Below are positions 25,492 to 37,080 of a stretch of DNA of 64,000 nt, piece by piece. Location: positions 6,448,001 to 6,512,000 of the forward strand of contig CATNEN010000025.1 in NCBI GenBank assembly GCA_950097015.1, read 5' to 3'. The notes under the pieces are model-generated. The model saw only the letters and a list, made by a program, of their open reading frames with translations, did no database searches and was not told the origin of the DNA. The DNA comes from Macrostomum hystrix. Its lineage: Eukaryota; Animalia; Platyhelminthes. The first letter of the stretch is position 1, and every line of letters starts with the position of its first letter. A program made the translations under genes and the position numbers.

Positions 25492-28400
25492 ATGACGAAT
25501 CAGAGCTCACCAGAACCGGCCTCTGTCGAGTCCCCTGCAGAAGAAAACTCGCCTTTGACTCCACGGACAGCCGTCGACGCCGCTACGGAAATCGCGGTCG
25601 ACGAATTCCAAGTCGAAGTGGAAATCGATGAGCGAGAAAGTTGGGGCACCAAAATCGACTTCCTGCTGTCAATCATTGGATTCGCCGTGGATCTGGCCAA
25701 TGTCTGGCGGTTTCCATACCTTTGCTACAAGTATGGCGGAGGCGCCTTCCTACTGCCCTACTTCCTCATGAACATCTTCCAGGTTGGTGCTATTCAAGGC
25801 ATGGTTGCACTTCCTGCACTCCCTTCACTCCCTGCACTCCCTTCACTCCCTTCACTCCCTGCACTCCCTGCACTCCCTTCACTTCCTGCACTCCCTGCAC
25901 TCCCTTCACTTCCTGCACTCCCTTCTCTCTCTACACTCCCTGCACTTCCCCCATTCCCTGCACTCCATAAAGTCACTTTACCCATCACTCCCTACCTTCC
26001 CTTGGACTCCATAAATTCCTTAAATTCCAAGCACTCATTACATTCCCATTAATCCCTACACTACCTGTATTCCTTACTCTATATAATCCTTAATAAATTG
26101 CCTACATTTCACACACTGTTCACCGCTTCCCTAGGCGGTGCCACTGTTCTACATGGAGCTTGTACTTGGCCAGGTGAATCAGCACGGCCCGATCCGGGTT
26201 TGGGACATCTGCCCGTTGGCTCGCGGCATAGGACTGGCCCAGAACCTCATGACCTATTTAGTGGCCTTCTATTACAATGTCATCATAGCGTGGTGCTTTC
26301 TGTTTCTATTCAACTCGTTCTCCATGACCACGTTGCCGTGGATGAAGTGCGACAACGCCTTCAATACGGAGTGGTGCGTCACTGTGGAGCAATACAAGAA
26401 TCTGACTGCACAGAACCGCAGCGCCAAATATGTGCTGGCTTCCGAGGAGTTCTTCGAGTGAGAGCCTCAAGGCTGGCGTGTACTTTTAGCTCGCCTATTG
26501 AATTACTAGGTATATTTCAAGCCAGTTAGGTATAGCCAACGCGTACCAAGTACAAATAACACCAGAAAGGTATAATCAACTCTTATCAGGTATAATTAAT
26601 CCCAGTAAGGTATAATCAACTCTTATCAGGTATAATTAATCCCAGTAAGGTATAATCAACTCTTATCAGGTATAATTAATCCCAGTAAGGTATAATCAAC
26701 TCTTATCAGGTATATTTAATCTCAGTCAGGTATAATTAACCCTTATGAGGTACAATTAACCCCCAGTCAGGTATGATCAAACCTTATCAGGTATAATTAA
26801 CCCTTATGAGGTACAATTAACCCCCAGTCAGGTATGATCAAACCTTATCAGGTATAATTAATGCTAATCAGGCATTATATATACTCTTTTCAGATACAAT
26901 AAGCCTCAGACAGGTGTAGTCAACCCTTATCAGGTTCAATAAAACCTAGTCAAGTATAATTAACCTGACTGACCCGGTTCCGCGGGTGCAAACCAAGTTC
27001 ACCTTTGAAACTTTCAAATTTTCAAATCTTCGTTTTTAACAAGCTTGAAAGGAAGAGGTTTTTGCTACTAGTCAACTGTAAGCGTGTAAGATTGATGTTT
27101 GCACCAATAAATTTTTTATTGGTTCCTAGGTGACAAATGTGAGTCACAAGTGATTGATTAGTTATTATATATAAAAATTCAGGTGACTTTTGATTGTTTA
27201 AAACGAATTTGCAGTGCGAACTGTGACATAAAGTACAGTAAAAATAAATTAAAATGTTCGTGTCTCTTCCAGACTACTTCCAGAAAAAAAAGTTGTGCAT
27301 AATGTATGCGATAGACTTAATCAGTGCATTATGACATGATTTAAAATACAGAACACAGTCATGTAATCAAACACATAAATACCAGACGCGGTGTCCTTGG
27401 CATCCACGAGAGCGTCGGCTTGAGCAGCCTGGGCCAGCCGCGCCTTTTGCTTGTCATCTGCTGCATGATCGTGTTCACCTGCCTGTACTTCTCCCTGTGG
27501 AAAGGTGTGAAAACCTCCGGCAAGGTCGTGTATATCACGGCCACAATGCCCTACATTCTGTTGGCCATTCTGCTAGGAAACGGTGCGAGACTGCCTGGAG
27601 CCAGCAAGGGCATCAAGTACTTTATTAGTCCCGACCTATCCAAGCTCAACTCAATTGATGTAAGTGCTTTATCCGAAATCTCAAGCATGATTTGTGTGAG
27701 CCAAGAAAATCTAGATCTTAATTGAAAAAATTAAAATGATAGACGTTTTTGGGGGTTTGGAGTGGTTTGTTCTAGAGAGCAGCTCTAGCTAATGAGCATC
27801 GAGATAAGGTTTGAGATTTTTTGTTTAAGATCGGCTCTAGCCAATGAGCGCAAAGATGCAAAGATAAGGGCTGAGATTTAAGAGGTGGTTTTTTTCAAGA
27901 TCAGCTCTAGCCAATCAGCGTAAAGATTACGGTTAAGATTCTAAATTAGGGGTGTTCAGCTCTAGCCAATAAGCGTCAGGAAAAGGGTTGAGATTTGTGG
28001 GTGGCTTGTTTAAGATCAGCTCTAGCCAATAAGCGTCAAGATAAGGGATGAGACTTGTGGGTGGCTTGTTTAAGATAAGCTCTTAGCCAATGAGCGTCAA
28101 GATTTAAGATTCGAAGCTAGTGCTAGCCGATGTGCGATGTGAAAGAGGTGTATATTTAGATTGGCATTGTTAATACGGAGAAAAAAATATGAATGAACTT
28201 TTAGCCGTGGATAGAGGCCGCCATCCAGGTGTTCTACTCAACAGGCGCCGGCTTCGGAGTTCACCTTGCCTACGCCAGCTACAGCAGGCCCAGAAACAAT
28301 TGCTATCGGGACTGCCTCATCACTGCGGCTGCCAATGCGTCTGCCAGCTTCCTAGCTGGCTTTGTGGTGTTCTCCTACCTGGGCTACATGTCCGAGGTCA

Positions 28401-31400
28401 CCGGCAAGCCGGTTGATCAAGTTACAGCTGAAGGTGAGAGAAAACTATTTGTACAGCCAATAGCTGAAACATGTAGCCAATCAGCGATGAGTCAGTTTTT
28501 TGTAAAAGGGCTTTCTAGCCAATCAGCAACAAGTTAGCTTTGAATTCTTTTTAGTGTTAGCATTTTAACAAATCAGAGAATCAGTGAATAGCTAACGGTT
28601 TTTGGATGCTTTGTAATCGGAACATTCGTACAAGAAACCTTATCCGCATGGCAACCGCAACTCCGAATTGCAGGTCCCGGTCTTGTGTTTCAAGTTTATC
28701 CAATTGCCATTGGAACTCTGCCTGTTGCGCCGCTATGGTCCATTCTGTTCTTCTCCCTGCTCATCACTCTTGGACTGGACAGCGCGGTGAGATCAAAGGG
28801 AGGGAGAGAGGGGAGAGAGATAGATAGATGGGGAATAAAGAAACGCAATCAGAGGAGGGAAGAGAGAGAGGTAAAGAGACAGGGAAAAGTGGGGATAGAG
28901 AGAGAGGGGGGGAAAAGATAGAGGGAAATAGAGGAAGAGCAAGAGGGGAAAAGAGAGACGGAGAGAGAGGGGCGAGAGAGAGAGTCGAGAGAGAGGGGTG
29001 AGAGAGAGGGAGAGAGGGAGAGAGAGAGCGGGAGAGAGGAGAGAGGACACTGCCCATTGAATTTCAAAAATCTAATGTTGGAATCTATTCCGATATGTAT
29101 CGAAAAAATTAAAATCAGGATTTGAACCAAGGCAACTCCAGACGCGTTTCGCTCTTATTGGAGCTCATCAGTAGAGTCTAGCCTAGCGCTCTAGCCTTTA
29201 GGCTATAGGCGCTTGTTCAAATCCAGCTTTCAATCTCAACATTTCGTAATCGATTCGGCAGCGCCCCGCAACTCAATCCACACTCACTCAACTCCGTGGC
29301 ACTGACTCGGTCGTACGAGACGCCGGTGCTGGCCTGAGAGAGAGGGAGAGAGGGAGAGAGGGAGAGAGACAGCGGTAGAGAGGAGAGAGGACACTGCCCA
29401 TTGAATTTAAAAAATCTAATGTTGGAATCGATTCCGATATATATCGGAAACATTGAAAGCCGGATTCGAACCAAGGCAACTCCAGACGCGTTTCGCTCTT
29501 TTCGATTTTCGATGAGAGAAAAACGATAAATAGGAGCTAAGAAGCTCCTAATATTGTGCGCTAACCAACCCCCCACCTGCATCTGACAATGGGCCGGGCA
29601 GATGGGAGGCATGGAATGCCTTCTAACCGGAGTCGGCGACCTAATCGAGAAGCCGTTGCGCAAGTACAAAAATGTGCGCGAAATTTTCACCGTCTGCGTC
29701 ATCGCCCTGGCCTTCCTAATGTCGATGTTTCTGTGCACCTCGGTGAGAACTGTCGCACAATTCTATGGGTAAAATCCTTTTGGCTATTATCGCTCACACA
29801 GTGTAGCCATTCACACAGGGCGGCATGTACGTCTGGAATCTGATGAACAATTTCTCCGCCGGCCTGTCGATCATTGTTGTGGCATTTGCGCAGGCTACAG
29901 CTGTGTCTTGGCTGTATGGTAAGGCTTATTTGCATGTGTTATCAGTGACACTCGTTCACGAGCTGTCTAAGGGCGAAATGAACTTCAATTGCGTGTGATC
30001 CATGGGCTATCCACACAATGTAGTCTATTGTCTATCCACACAGTGTAGTCTATTGTCTATCCACACAGTGTAGTCTATTGTCTATCCACACAGTGTAGTC
30101 TATTGTCTATCCACACAGTGTAGTCTATTGTCTATCCACACAGTGTAGTCTATTGTCTATCCACACAGTGTAGTCTATTGTCTATCCACACAGTGTAGTC
30201 TATTGTCTATCAACACAGTGTAGTCTATTGTCTATCCACACAGTGTAGTCTATTGTCTATCCACACAGTGTAGTCTATGGTCTATCCACACAGTGTAGTC
30301 TATGGTCTATCCACACAGTGTAATCTATGGTCTATCCACACAGTGTAGTCTATTGTCTATCCACACAGTGTAGTCTATTGTCTATCCACACAGTGTAGTC
30401 TATTGTCTATCCACACAGTGTAGTCTATTGTCTATCCACACAATGTAGTCTATTGTCTATCCACACAGTGTAGTCTATTGTCTATCCACACAGTGTAGTC
30501 TATTGTCTATCCACACAGTGTAGTCTATTGTCTATCCACACAGTGTAGTCTATTGTCTATCCACACAGTGTAGTCTATTGTCTATCCACACAGTGTAGTC
30601 TATGGTCTATCCACACAGTGTAGTCTATGGTCTATCCACACAGTGTAGTCTATGGTCTATCCACACAGTGTAGTCTATGGTCTATCCACACAGTGTAGTC
30701 TATTGTCTATCCACACAGTGTAGTCTATGGTCTATCCACACAGTGTAGTCTATTGTCTATCCACACAATGTAGTCTATTGTCTATCCACACAGTGTAGTC
30801 TATTGTCTATCCACACAGTGTAGTCTATGGTCTATCCACACAGTGTAGTCTATTGTCTATCCACACAGTGTAGTCTATGGTCTATCCACACAGTGTAGTC
30901 TATGGGCTATCCACACAGTGTAGTCTATTGTCTATCCACACAGGCTATCCACACAGTGTAGTCTATGGTCTATCCACACTGTGTATTCCATGGTCTATCC
31001 ACACAGTATAGTCTATAGTATATCCCACACTGCAGTCTTTAGTCTATCCACACTGGGTTGTCTATGGTCTATCGACACTGTGTGATGTACAGTCTAACCA
31101 CACACATCCTTCTGATAACCGCAGGCTTGGACCAGTTCTGCAAGGACATCAAGGATAATCTAGGCTTTTCACCAGGAATTTATTGGCGCCTATGTTGGAA
31201 ATTCGTGTCGCCAGTTTTCATTCTGGTAAGAGAAGCGTCGGTAATATTTGCGCAACTCGATTGTTATTAAAGCTAATTTGCGCGCATCTTCTAGGTGATT
31301 ATCGTGTTCAACTGCGTGATCCTGATGGACTCGTCCAGTTTTCTGTACTTCTACAAGTACACCGAGTATCATCCGGAGCTGTTTTCGAATCGTACAGCTG

Positions 31401-32893
31401 ATAACAATTATTTCTACTTCTATCCAATTGGCGGTAAGATAATTGGTTGGAGCATCTGCGGCATCCAGCTGGCTATGATCCCTTGCCTGGCCGTATACTC
31501 GATTGTGTCTTACAAGGTGAGCTTAATAATAATAACAATAATAATTGCAGGAGGGCTGCGGGCAATGTCACATCATTTGGTGACACTAGACCCGCAGCCA
31601 GCGAGGAGGCAATTCTGCCCATTTAGCTGGCTCCTGAACACACACGCACACAGATACTGTACACAGGCACATGCTCACACAGGTGTGTACATCTGCCGTG
31701 ACTTTCTCTTCGTCAGGCAGTGTACACACTCACTGTGCCTTGGAGGTTGGCTCTCAAGGGCGTAAATTGCACGACAAGCCCCCAAGCCTTCTCTCCGCGG
31801 CTGCGCCCCAAATAAATGCGGCCTCGCCGTGGAGTCGAACTTGGGGACCTTGGTGCGAGAGGCAAACGCGTTAATCGCTCTGCCACCGACCCCCCACAAG
31901 GTGAGCTTGCTAATACGAATGATAATAATTGATTGCACCTGCAAAAATTCGGTCAAACGATCGCAGCTATTGCGCCGTGCATGTGAAGGCTGCGTACGGC
32001 TGTTCAGTCCATGGACTGGGGACACACCCACCCCAATTACCCCAGCTAATACTGGTAGCCATTTAACAGCTGAGTGAACTGAAACAATGCACAGTTAAAT
32101 GTCTTGCTTTCGTCTGTGGAAAGTGTGGGTCTGTGGGTCTGTGGGTTGTGTGGGTATTGTGGTATGTGTGGCGTGTATGGTCTAAGTTATAAAGTATAAA
32201 CCCTCTGCTAAGATTATTTTAAAGGCTGTTTGCTACGCATCCTTAGAATTTTTTGGGTCTGGCAGCACATTGTGGAAGTGTGCGTAAAAAGTACAAGAAA
32301 ATAGCAAAAGATAAACACACTACAGGCTAAACGTTTGAAAGGAAAAGTCTCAGCCCAGGGTACGCTGGTAACTCTAATTTCACCTGTAGAGTTAGTTCAG
32401 TGCTCAACTAACCAAGCAAACTCAACAGCCAACAGATTTTGTTGAGTTTTCAAGAAAAAAGGCTAACTAAAACCTTGCTGTGATCTTGTAGACACAAAGT
32501 TAGGTACGTTCTGTTACAAAAAGTACAACGTACTTTGATGCGCCCAAGTATTCAAGTAAGGTAAATATTATTGCTACAATCATCTACATTTCCACTCCAC
32601 CAATTAACTGACGCCAATCGAAGAGTTTTGCGAAGGCCATCACTCCGATTCGCGATCACGGCCAAGTGGACTCTGGTCACGTGACGCGCTACACAATCGC
32701 CCACTGGCTGTCCCTCGGGCCGATGGACACCTTTCCGCTGGACCTGATCAGTAGGGCCTGGAATCGTCGCCGTCGTCTGCAAAACAACCGGCAACCAGGC
32801 AAGACTGGCTCGGACGCGGGAGAAGAGGATGCCAATCATCACGCTTCTGAGACCTACCCGATGACCAGCTGTGCAAAGACTGCCGAAGGCTAA
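25492..32893 (+). CDS. SLC6 Na+/Cl- dependent monoamine transporter, dopamine-transporter (DAT/NET) type
   Basis: Exons 25492-25782, 26135-26457, 27386-27659, 28205-28433, 28674-28786, 29602-29742, 29819-29918, 31125-31225, 31295-31516 and probably 32624-32893, with phases consistent. TM1 [18 protein letters not shown] has the monoamine-specific Asp; EL2 Cys pair; GLDSAMGG; C-terminal AITP...YTIAHWL. A small exon before the last one may be missing. Confidence 0.93.
25810..25965. repeat. 9-bp tandem repeat (CCCTGCACT/CCCTTCACT) in transporter intron 1
   Basis: Seen directly. Confidence 0.85.
26560..26900. repeat. 40-bp tandem repeat (dimer of 20-bp GGTATAAT... subunits)
   Basis: Seen directly; degenerates toward the 3' end. 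Confidence 0.8.
27775..28130. repeat. Degenerate ~60-bp tandem repeat centred on CAGCTCTAGCCAAT(G/C/A)AGCG
   Basis: The motif recurs about 6 times. Confidence 0.7.
28790..29500 (-). mobile_element. Tandem (head-to-tail) hammerhead-bearing repeat, family C; retrozyme/SINE-like
   Basis: Two same-strand copies of a ~110-bp body plus CT-rich tail, with GAAACGCGTC junctions at 29150-29141 and 29494-29485. Confidence 0.7.
29134..29178 (-). ncRNA. Minimal type I hammerhead ribozyme
   Basis: Minus strand reads GACTCTA CTGATGA GCTC-CAATAA-GAGC GAAA C-GC-G TC^ TGGAGTT. All core nucleotides are canonical; stem I 7 bp (2 G-U), stem II 4 bp with a 6-nt loop, palindromic ACGCGT stem III. Confidence 0.88.
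30005..31075. repeat. Minisatellite, 25-bp unit CCACACAGTGTAGTCTATTGTCTAT
   Basis: Tandem periodicity within a transporter intron. Confidence 0.95.
31525..31895 (-). mobile_element. Full-length tRNA-derived SINE, family B, with 13-bp TSD
   Basis: Minus strand head GTCGGTGGCAGAGCGATT...CCCAAGTTCGACTCC (A/B-box like), (TTA)-type tail, TSD ACAAGGTGAGCTT at 31512-31524 and 31896-31908. Confidence 0.88.
31915..32110 (-). mobile_element. SINE family A, 5'-truncated copy
   Basis: Reverse complement matches 19960-20170 (CORE-like domain through tail). Confidence 0.75.
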
Positions 32894-34204
32894 AATTGAG
32901 ATAATGCTGAGGAGAGGCGAGAGAACTTCTCGCATTTTTGACGTAGTACATTCTAGTACGAGTATGATTTTGTAGTGTTCTTTTAAAAGTTTTATATTCT
33001 CAGAAGCAGACAATATTTTTCACTATTCATTGCATCTTATTGAGTTCAGATCTGATTGGCTCGCTTAAAGGACAAAGGAAAAAAAATTTAAATGCTTCTA
33101 TTTTTAGCATCAATTTTAAGGTCAATCTCCACGCGCTACTTGCATGATCGATAACTGACCTTTTTGCATACAGGGCATTCTATTTTTAGCATCAAAGTCA
33201 AGTTCGATTACCACGCAGTACTAGCATGGATCAATTTCTGAGCAAAATGTACTAGAATGACCTTGAGAATCACCAATCGCATTAGCTACGCGCATGCATG
33301 GCTTGATGATCCTACATATTGACTCCACAAAAAACTCTTAGCTCTGATCCTATGCAATGAATAAAAGTCCTTGTCTACGCTTACAGCTGAATATTGCACA
33401 ATAAAGTACACATAAATCTAGATTTGTTATTGGTTGCAATGTTACGTATCTTACCGACATTTAAAAACTATATTAGGCTCCTTGTTATTTAGTTAATTTA
33501 TAGACTGCTTTGCTATGATGATGCTCTAACGATGTTAGCTATACCTATGCTGCTGTTTATTTATGTTTCAATTTCAGTTAGAAAAATATTTGCATTAAGC
33601 TATCACTGCAATTTTCACACTAAAAACAGTATAATAAAATTATAGTTTTTTAATTACCCGCACAATTAACGTCAGTCTCATTTTTATTTAAAAAAAAGGA
33701 ATTTGATATTGATTTTTTGCCACTGGCACAGTTATCTGGCGCCAATGAATCTCTCTGTTAGCTCACTGGCATGTCCAGAGAAAACGGCATGTTCACCTAC
33801 ACATATCTGATTGAGGGAGAACAATGCCAAAACGACTTCTTAGCTTGCTCTTAGCATAGAACACACACACGGAACAGGAGATGCGATTAACGACATGATC
33901 TAGATATTCGTTCAAAAAACCACTGTGTGTCATTAGCTGTTCGTTAATTTGAAGGTGAAAGTTCTCACCAAGCGTAATGGAAAGCATAAATCCTTTCTAA
34001 GAAAATTAATCAAAGCTTTTTTAGTCCAGAAAGCTCTGCGTGTTTGCGGACAAAGGCAGCAATCAGATGCTGGCATTTCTTCCTTCCCAATCCCAATATT
34101 TGCTGTGCAGTTGGCAATTTATATGCAGAGTCATTTTATTGAGATATCCCAGGGATAGCTGATATAGCTGATATGATAGTCAAATTAGAAGACGTTTATG
34201 AAAC

Positions 34205-34585
34205 GTTAGATGAAATCTGTCAGATGCGATTTGTCAGATGGGATCTATCAGATAGGATCTGTCAGATGGGATCTATCAGATAGGATCTGTCAGATGGGAT
34301 CTGTCAGATGAGATCTGTCAGATGAGATCTGTCAGATGGGATCTGTCAGATGGGATCTGTCAGATTAGGATCTGTCAGATGAGATCTGTCAGATGGGATC
34401 TATCAGATGGGATCTGTCAGATGGGATCTGTCAGATGGGATCTGTCAGTTGAGATCTGTCAGATGAGATCTGTCAGATGGGATCTGTCAGATGAGATCTG
34501 TCAGATGGAATCTGTCAGATGGAATCTGTCAGATGGGATCTGTCAGATGGGATCTGTCAGATGGGATCTGTCAGATGGGATCAGA
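34205..34585. repeat. Minisatellite, 14-bp unit ATGGGATCTGTCAG
   Basis: Tandem periodicity. Confidence 0.93.
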
Positions 34586-35124
34586 TGGCGTTAGGAGTAG
34601 CAGTTAGGAGGGATGGAATTCTGGGTCTGTGCAACTCATGCGTTGCATAGGCGTCCCATGTGACACCGATGGGTTTTGTCTGCCGGGGAAATGTCGCCAA
34701 AAGGTCTATGCTAGTTAAAAGAACTAAGTTGAATGGGGGATACAGGAAGAGGTGGCAGGAAGGTGAAAATAGTGAGGCGATGACGGAAAATGAAAAGTGG
34801 GACAAAAGGGGAGCGAAAAGGAGATGGGAGAAGTTAAACGCAGATTTCAGTAGTGGTTGGTTTTTCTACCTCCGTTGTCAAGGAAGCAGTTGCACTCAAC
34901 AGCCAACCAGATGCCGTTTGCCTCACATTTGGTCTGTCACAGATTTATAAAAACGCGACGCGAATTTTTCCTGCCAAAGATCAGCAACGAAACCTTGGAG
35001 TAGTGTAAGCGAACCCACAACTGACATTTTTGAGTCTAGTTGGCTGTTCAACTGCCGCGAAATATTAAATAAATCTTAACAGACACCTGCTTAATTAGAA
35101 ATCAACGTTCGAAAATGGTGAGCA

Positions 35125-35695
35125 TGCTGACAGGATCCATTGTGACAGGATCCATTGTGACAGGATACATTGTGACAGGATACATTGTGACGGGATACAT
35201 TGTGACAGGATCCATTGTGACAGGATACATTGTGACAGGATACATTGTGACAGGATACATTGTGACAGGATACATTGTGACAGGATACATTGTGACAGGA
35301 TACATTGTGACAGGATACATTGTGACAGGATACATTGTGACAGGATACATTGTGACAGGATACATTGTGACAGGATACATTGTGACAGGATACATTGTGA
35401 CAGGATACATTGTGACAGGATACATTGTGACAGGATACATTGTGACGGGATACATTGTGACAGGATACATTGTGACAGGATACATTGTGACGGGATACAT
35501 TGTGACAGGATACATTGTGACGGGATACATTGTGACAGGATCCATTGTGACAGGATACATTGTGACAGGATACATTGTGACAGGATACATTGTGACAGGA
35601 TACATTGTGACAGGATACATTGTGACAGGATACATTGTGACAGGATACATTGTGACAGGATACATTGTGACAGGATACATTGTGACAGGATACAT
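35125..35695. repeat. Minisatellite, 15-bp unit GTGACAGGATACATT, ~38 copies
   Basis: Tandem periodicity. Confidence 0.95.
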
Positions 35696-35736
35696 AGTTA
35701 ATTAACGAATTCAAAATCCACTGTTATTCCTGACAG

Positions 35737-36690
35737 GAGCCACATTGGCGGCTGCAGTTCCTTCTACTTGAGTCTATGCTCATCATGCCAATCTGCTGCA
35801 GCAGCCTGTGCGCCATCGGTTCCAACAATAGAATCTGCAGCTTCGCCTGCAGCTACATCGCAGACGATTGCAATTTTACCAAAGCCTATGAGCAATGCAG
35901 ACGTTGCAGCAAGCCAACTGGACTCGCCTTAGCAACTGCCACAAATGCAGTTACCGCCTTAGCAACAACTGGGACAGCAGCAGTGCACACAACCAGTCCG
36001 CCACTGAGTCCCGCATCCTATCTGATCTCCAGCCTGATGGCATTCTACGACTTTCGCCAGAGCTACAACAACCAGGCTTCGACTGGGCCCGGCCGATTCT
36101 TCTTGACGCCGTCGTCGGGGGTGACTCGCAGTTCCGCCGGAGCCGCATTGGACGGCACCGTGGGATCCTACATTGACGTCGACACTCAGTCCCAGCAGCT
36201 CCTAGCTGCAATGGGAGGCGCTGGAGGCAGTAATTTCAGCTTCTACGTTCGGGTGACTCGACGCACATTCTTCCAGGCAACCTATCACTACCTGTTCAAC
36301 TGCATCAGCCCCAGCAGCAGCTACTATTCAGGAATTCTGGCCGACCAGAACGGTGCCTTAGTTCTGGAGCACAGCGTCACCAGTCCCGGCAACAAGCTGA
36401 TTGTCAAGTCCAGTCAGACATTCGCCGCCGCTGATGGCGCCTACCGGGACGTCTCGCTGGGCATCTCGATGCGCGCCGGCGCCTTCCAGACTCTGTTCGG
36501 TCAGGGCGCGGCCTACACGACGGCGTCAATCGTCACGCAGGACTTCACCTATGTGCCCACCTGCTTGCGCCTGGGCTATCACGCTTCACCTGGCTACGGA
36601 CTGGACGGGACTCTGATCTGCTATGCCATTGCAAACAGAACACTCAGTGGCGCTGAGTTTGCCCAACTGCACAGCCACTGCGGGCCGTGA
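35737..36690 (+). CDS. Uncharacterised, probably secreted protein: Cys-rich module, Thr/Ala linker, concanavalin-A/LamG-like domain
   Basis: GC-rich open frame from acceptor TGACAG (35736) or ATG 35776 to the stop; hydrophobic N-terminus, 8 Cys, LMAFYDF...N at the domain start and GTLICYAIANRTLSGAEFAQL at the end, resembling LamG_3 termini. The domain call is pattern recall only. Confidence 0.6.
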   Translation, partial: EPHWRLQFLLLESMLIMPICCSSLCAIGSNNRICSFACSYIADDCNFTKAYEQCRRCSKPTGLALATATNAVTALATTGTAAVHTTSPPLSPASYLISSLMAFYDFRQSYNNQASTGPGRFFLTPSSGVTRSSAGAALDGTVGSYIDVDTQSQQLLAAMGGAGGSNFSFYVRVTRRTFFQATYHYLFNCISPSSSYYSGILADQNGALVLEHSVTSPGNKLIVKSSQTFAAADGAYRDVSLGISMRAGAFQTLFGQGAAYTTASIVTQDFTYVPTCLRLGYHASPGYGLDGTLICYAIANRTLSGAEFAQLHSHCGP

Positions 36691-36837
36691 CCAGGGCTTC
36701 ATCTATCAACAGGAGACCTGAACTCAACTTCTTATCAGAAACCAATCCGTGAACTATGAGTACAGCCAGGGTGTACATGTTGTACAACCAATGCTTAAAT
36801 AGTAGATGGAATGGCAACTAGGGTTCTCATCTAACTT

Positions 36838-37080
36838 ATAGATCCAATCTGACAGATCCCATCTGACAGATCTCATCTGACAGATCTCATCTGACAGATC
36901 CCATCTGACAGATCTCATCTGACAGATCTCATCTGACAGATCCCATCTGAAAGATCTCATCTGACAGATCCCATCTGACAGATCCCATCTGAAAGATCTC
37001 ATCTGACAGATCCCATCTGACAGATCCCATCTGAAAGATCTCATCTGACAGATCTCATTTAACAGTCCTCATCTGTTAGA
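36838..37080. repeat. Minisatellite, 14-bp unit CTGACAGATCCCAT (reverse complement of 34205-34585)
   Basis: Tandem periodicity. Confidence 0.9.
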
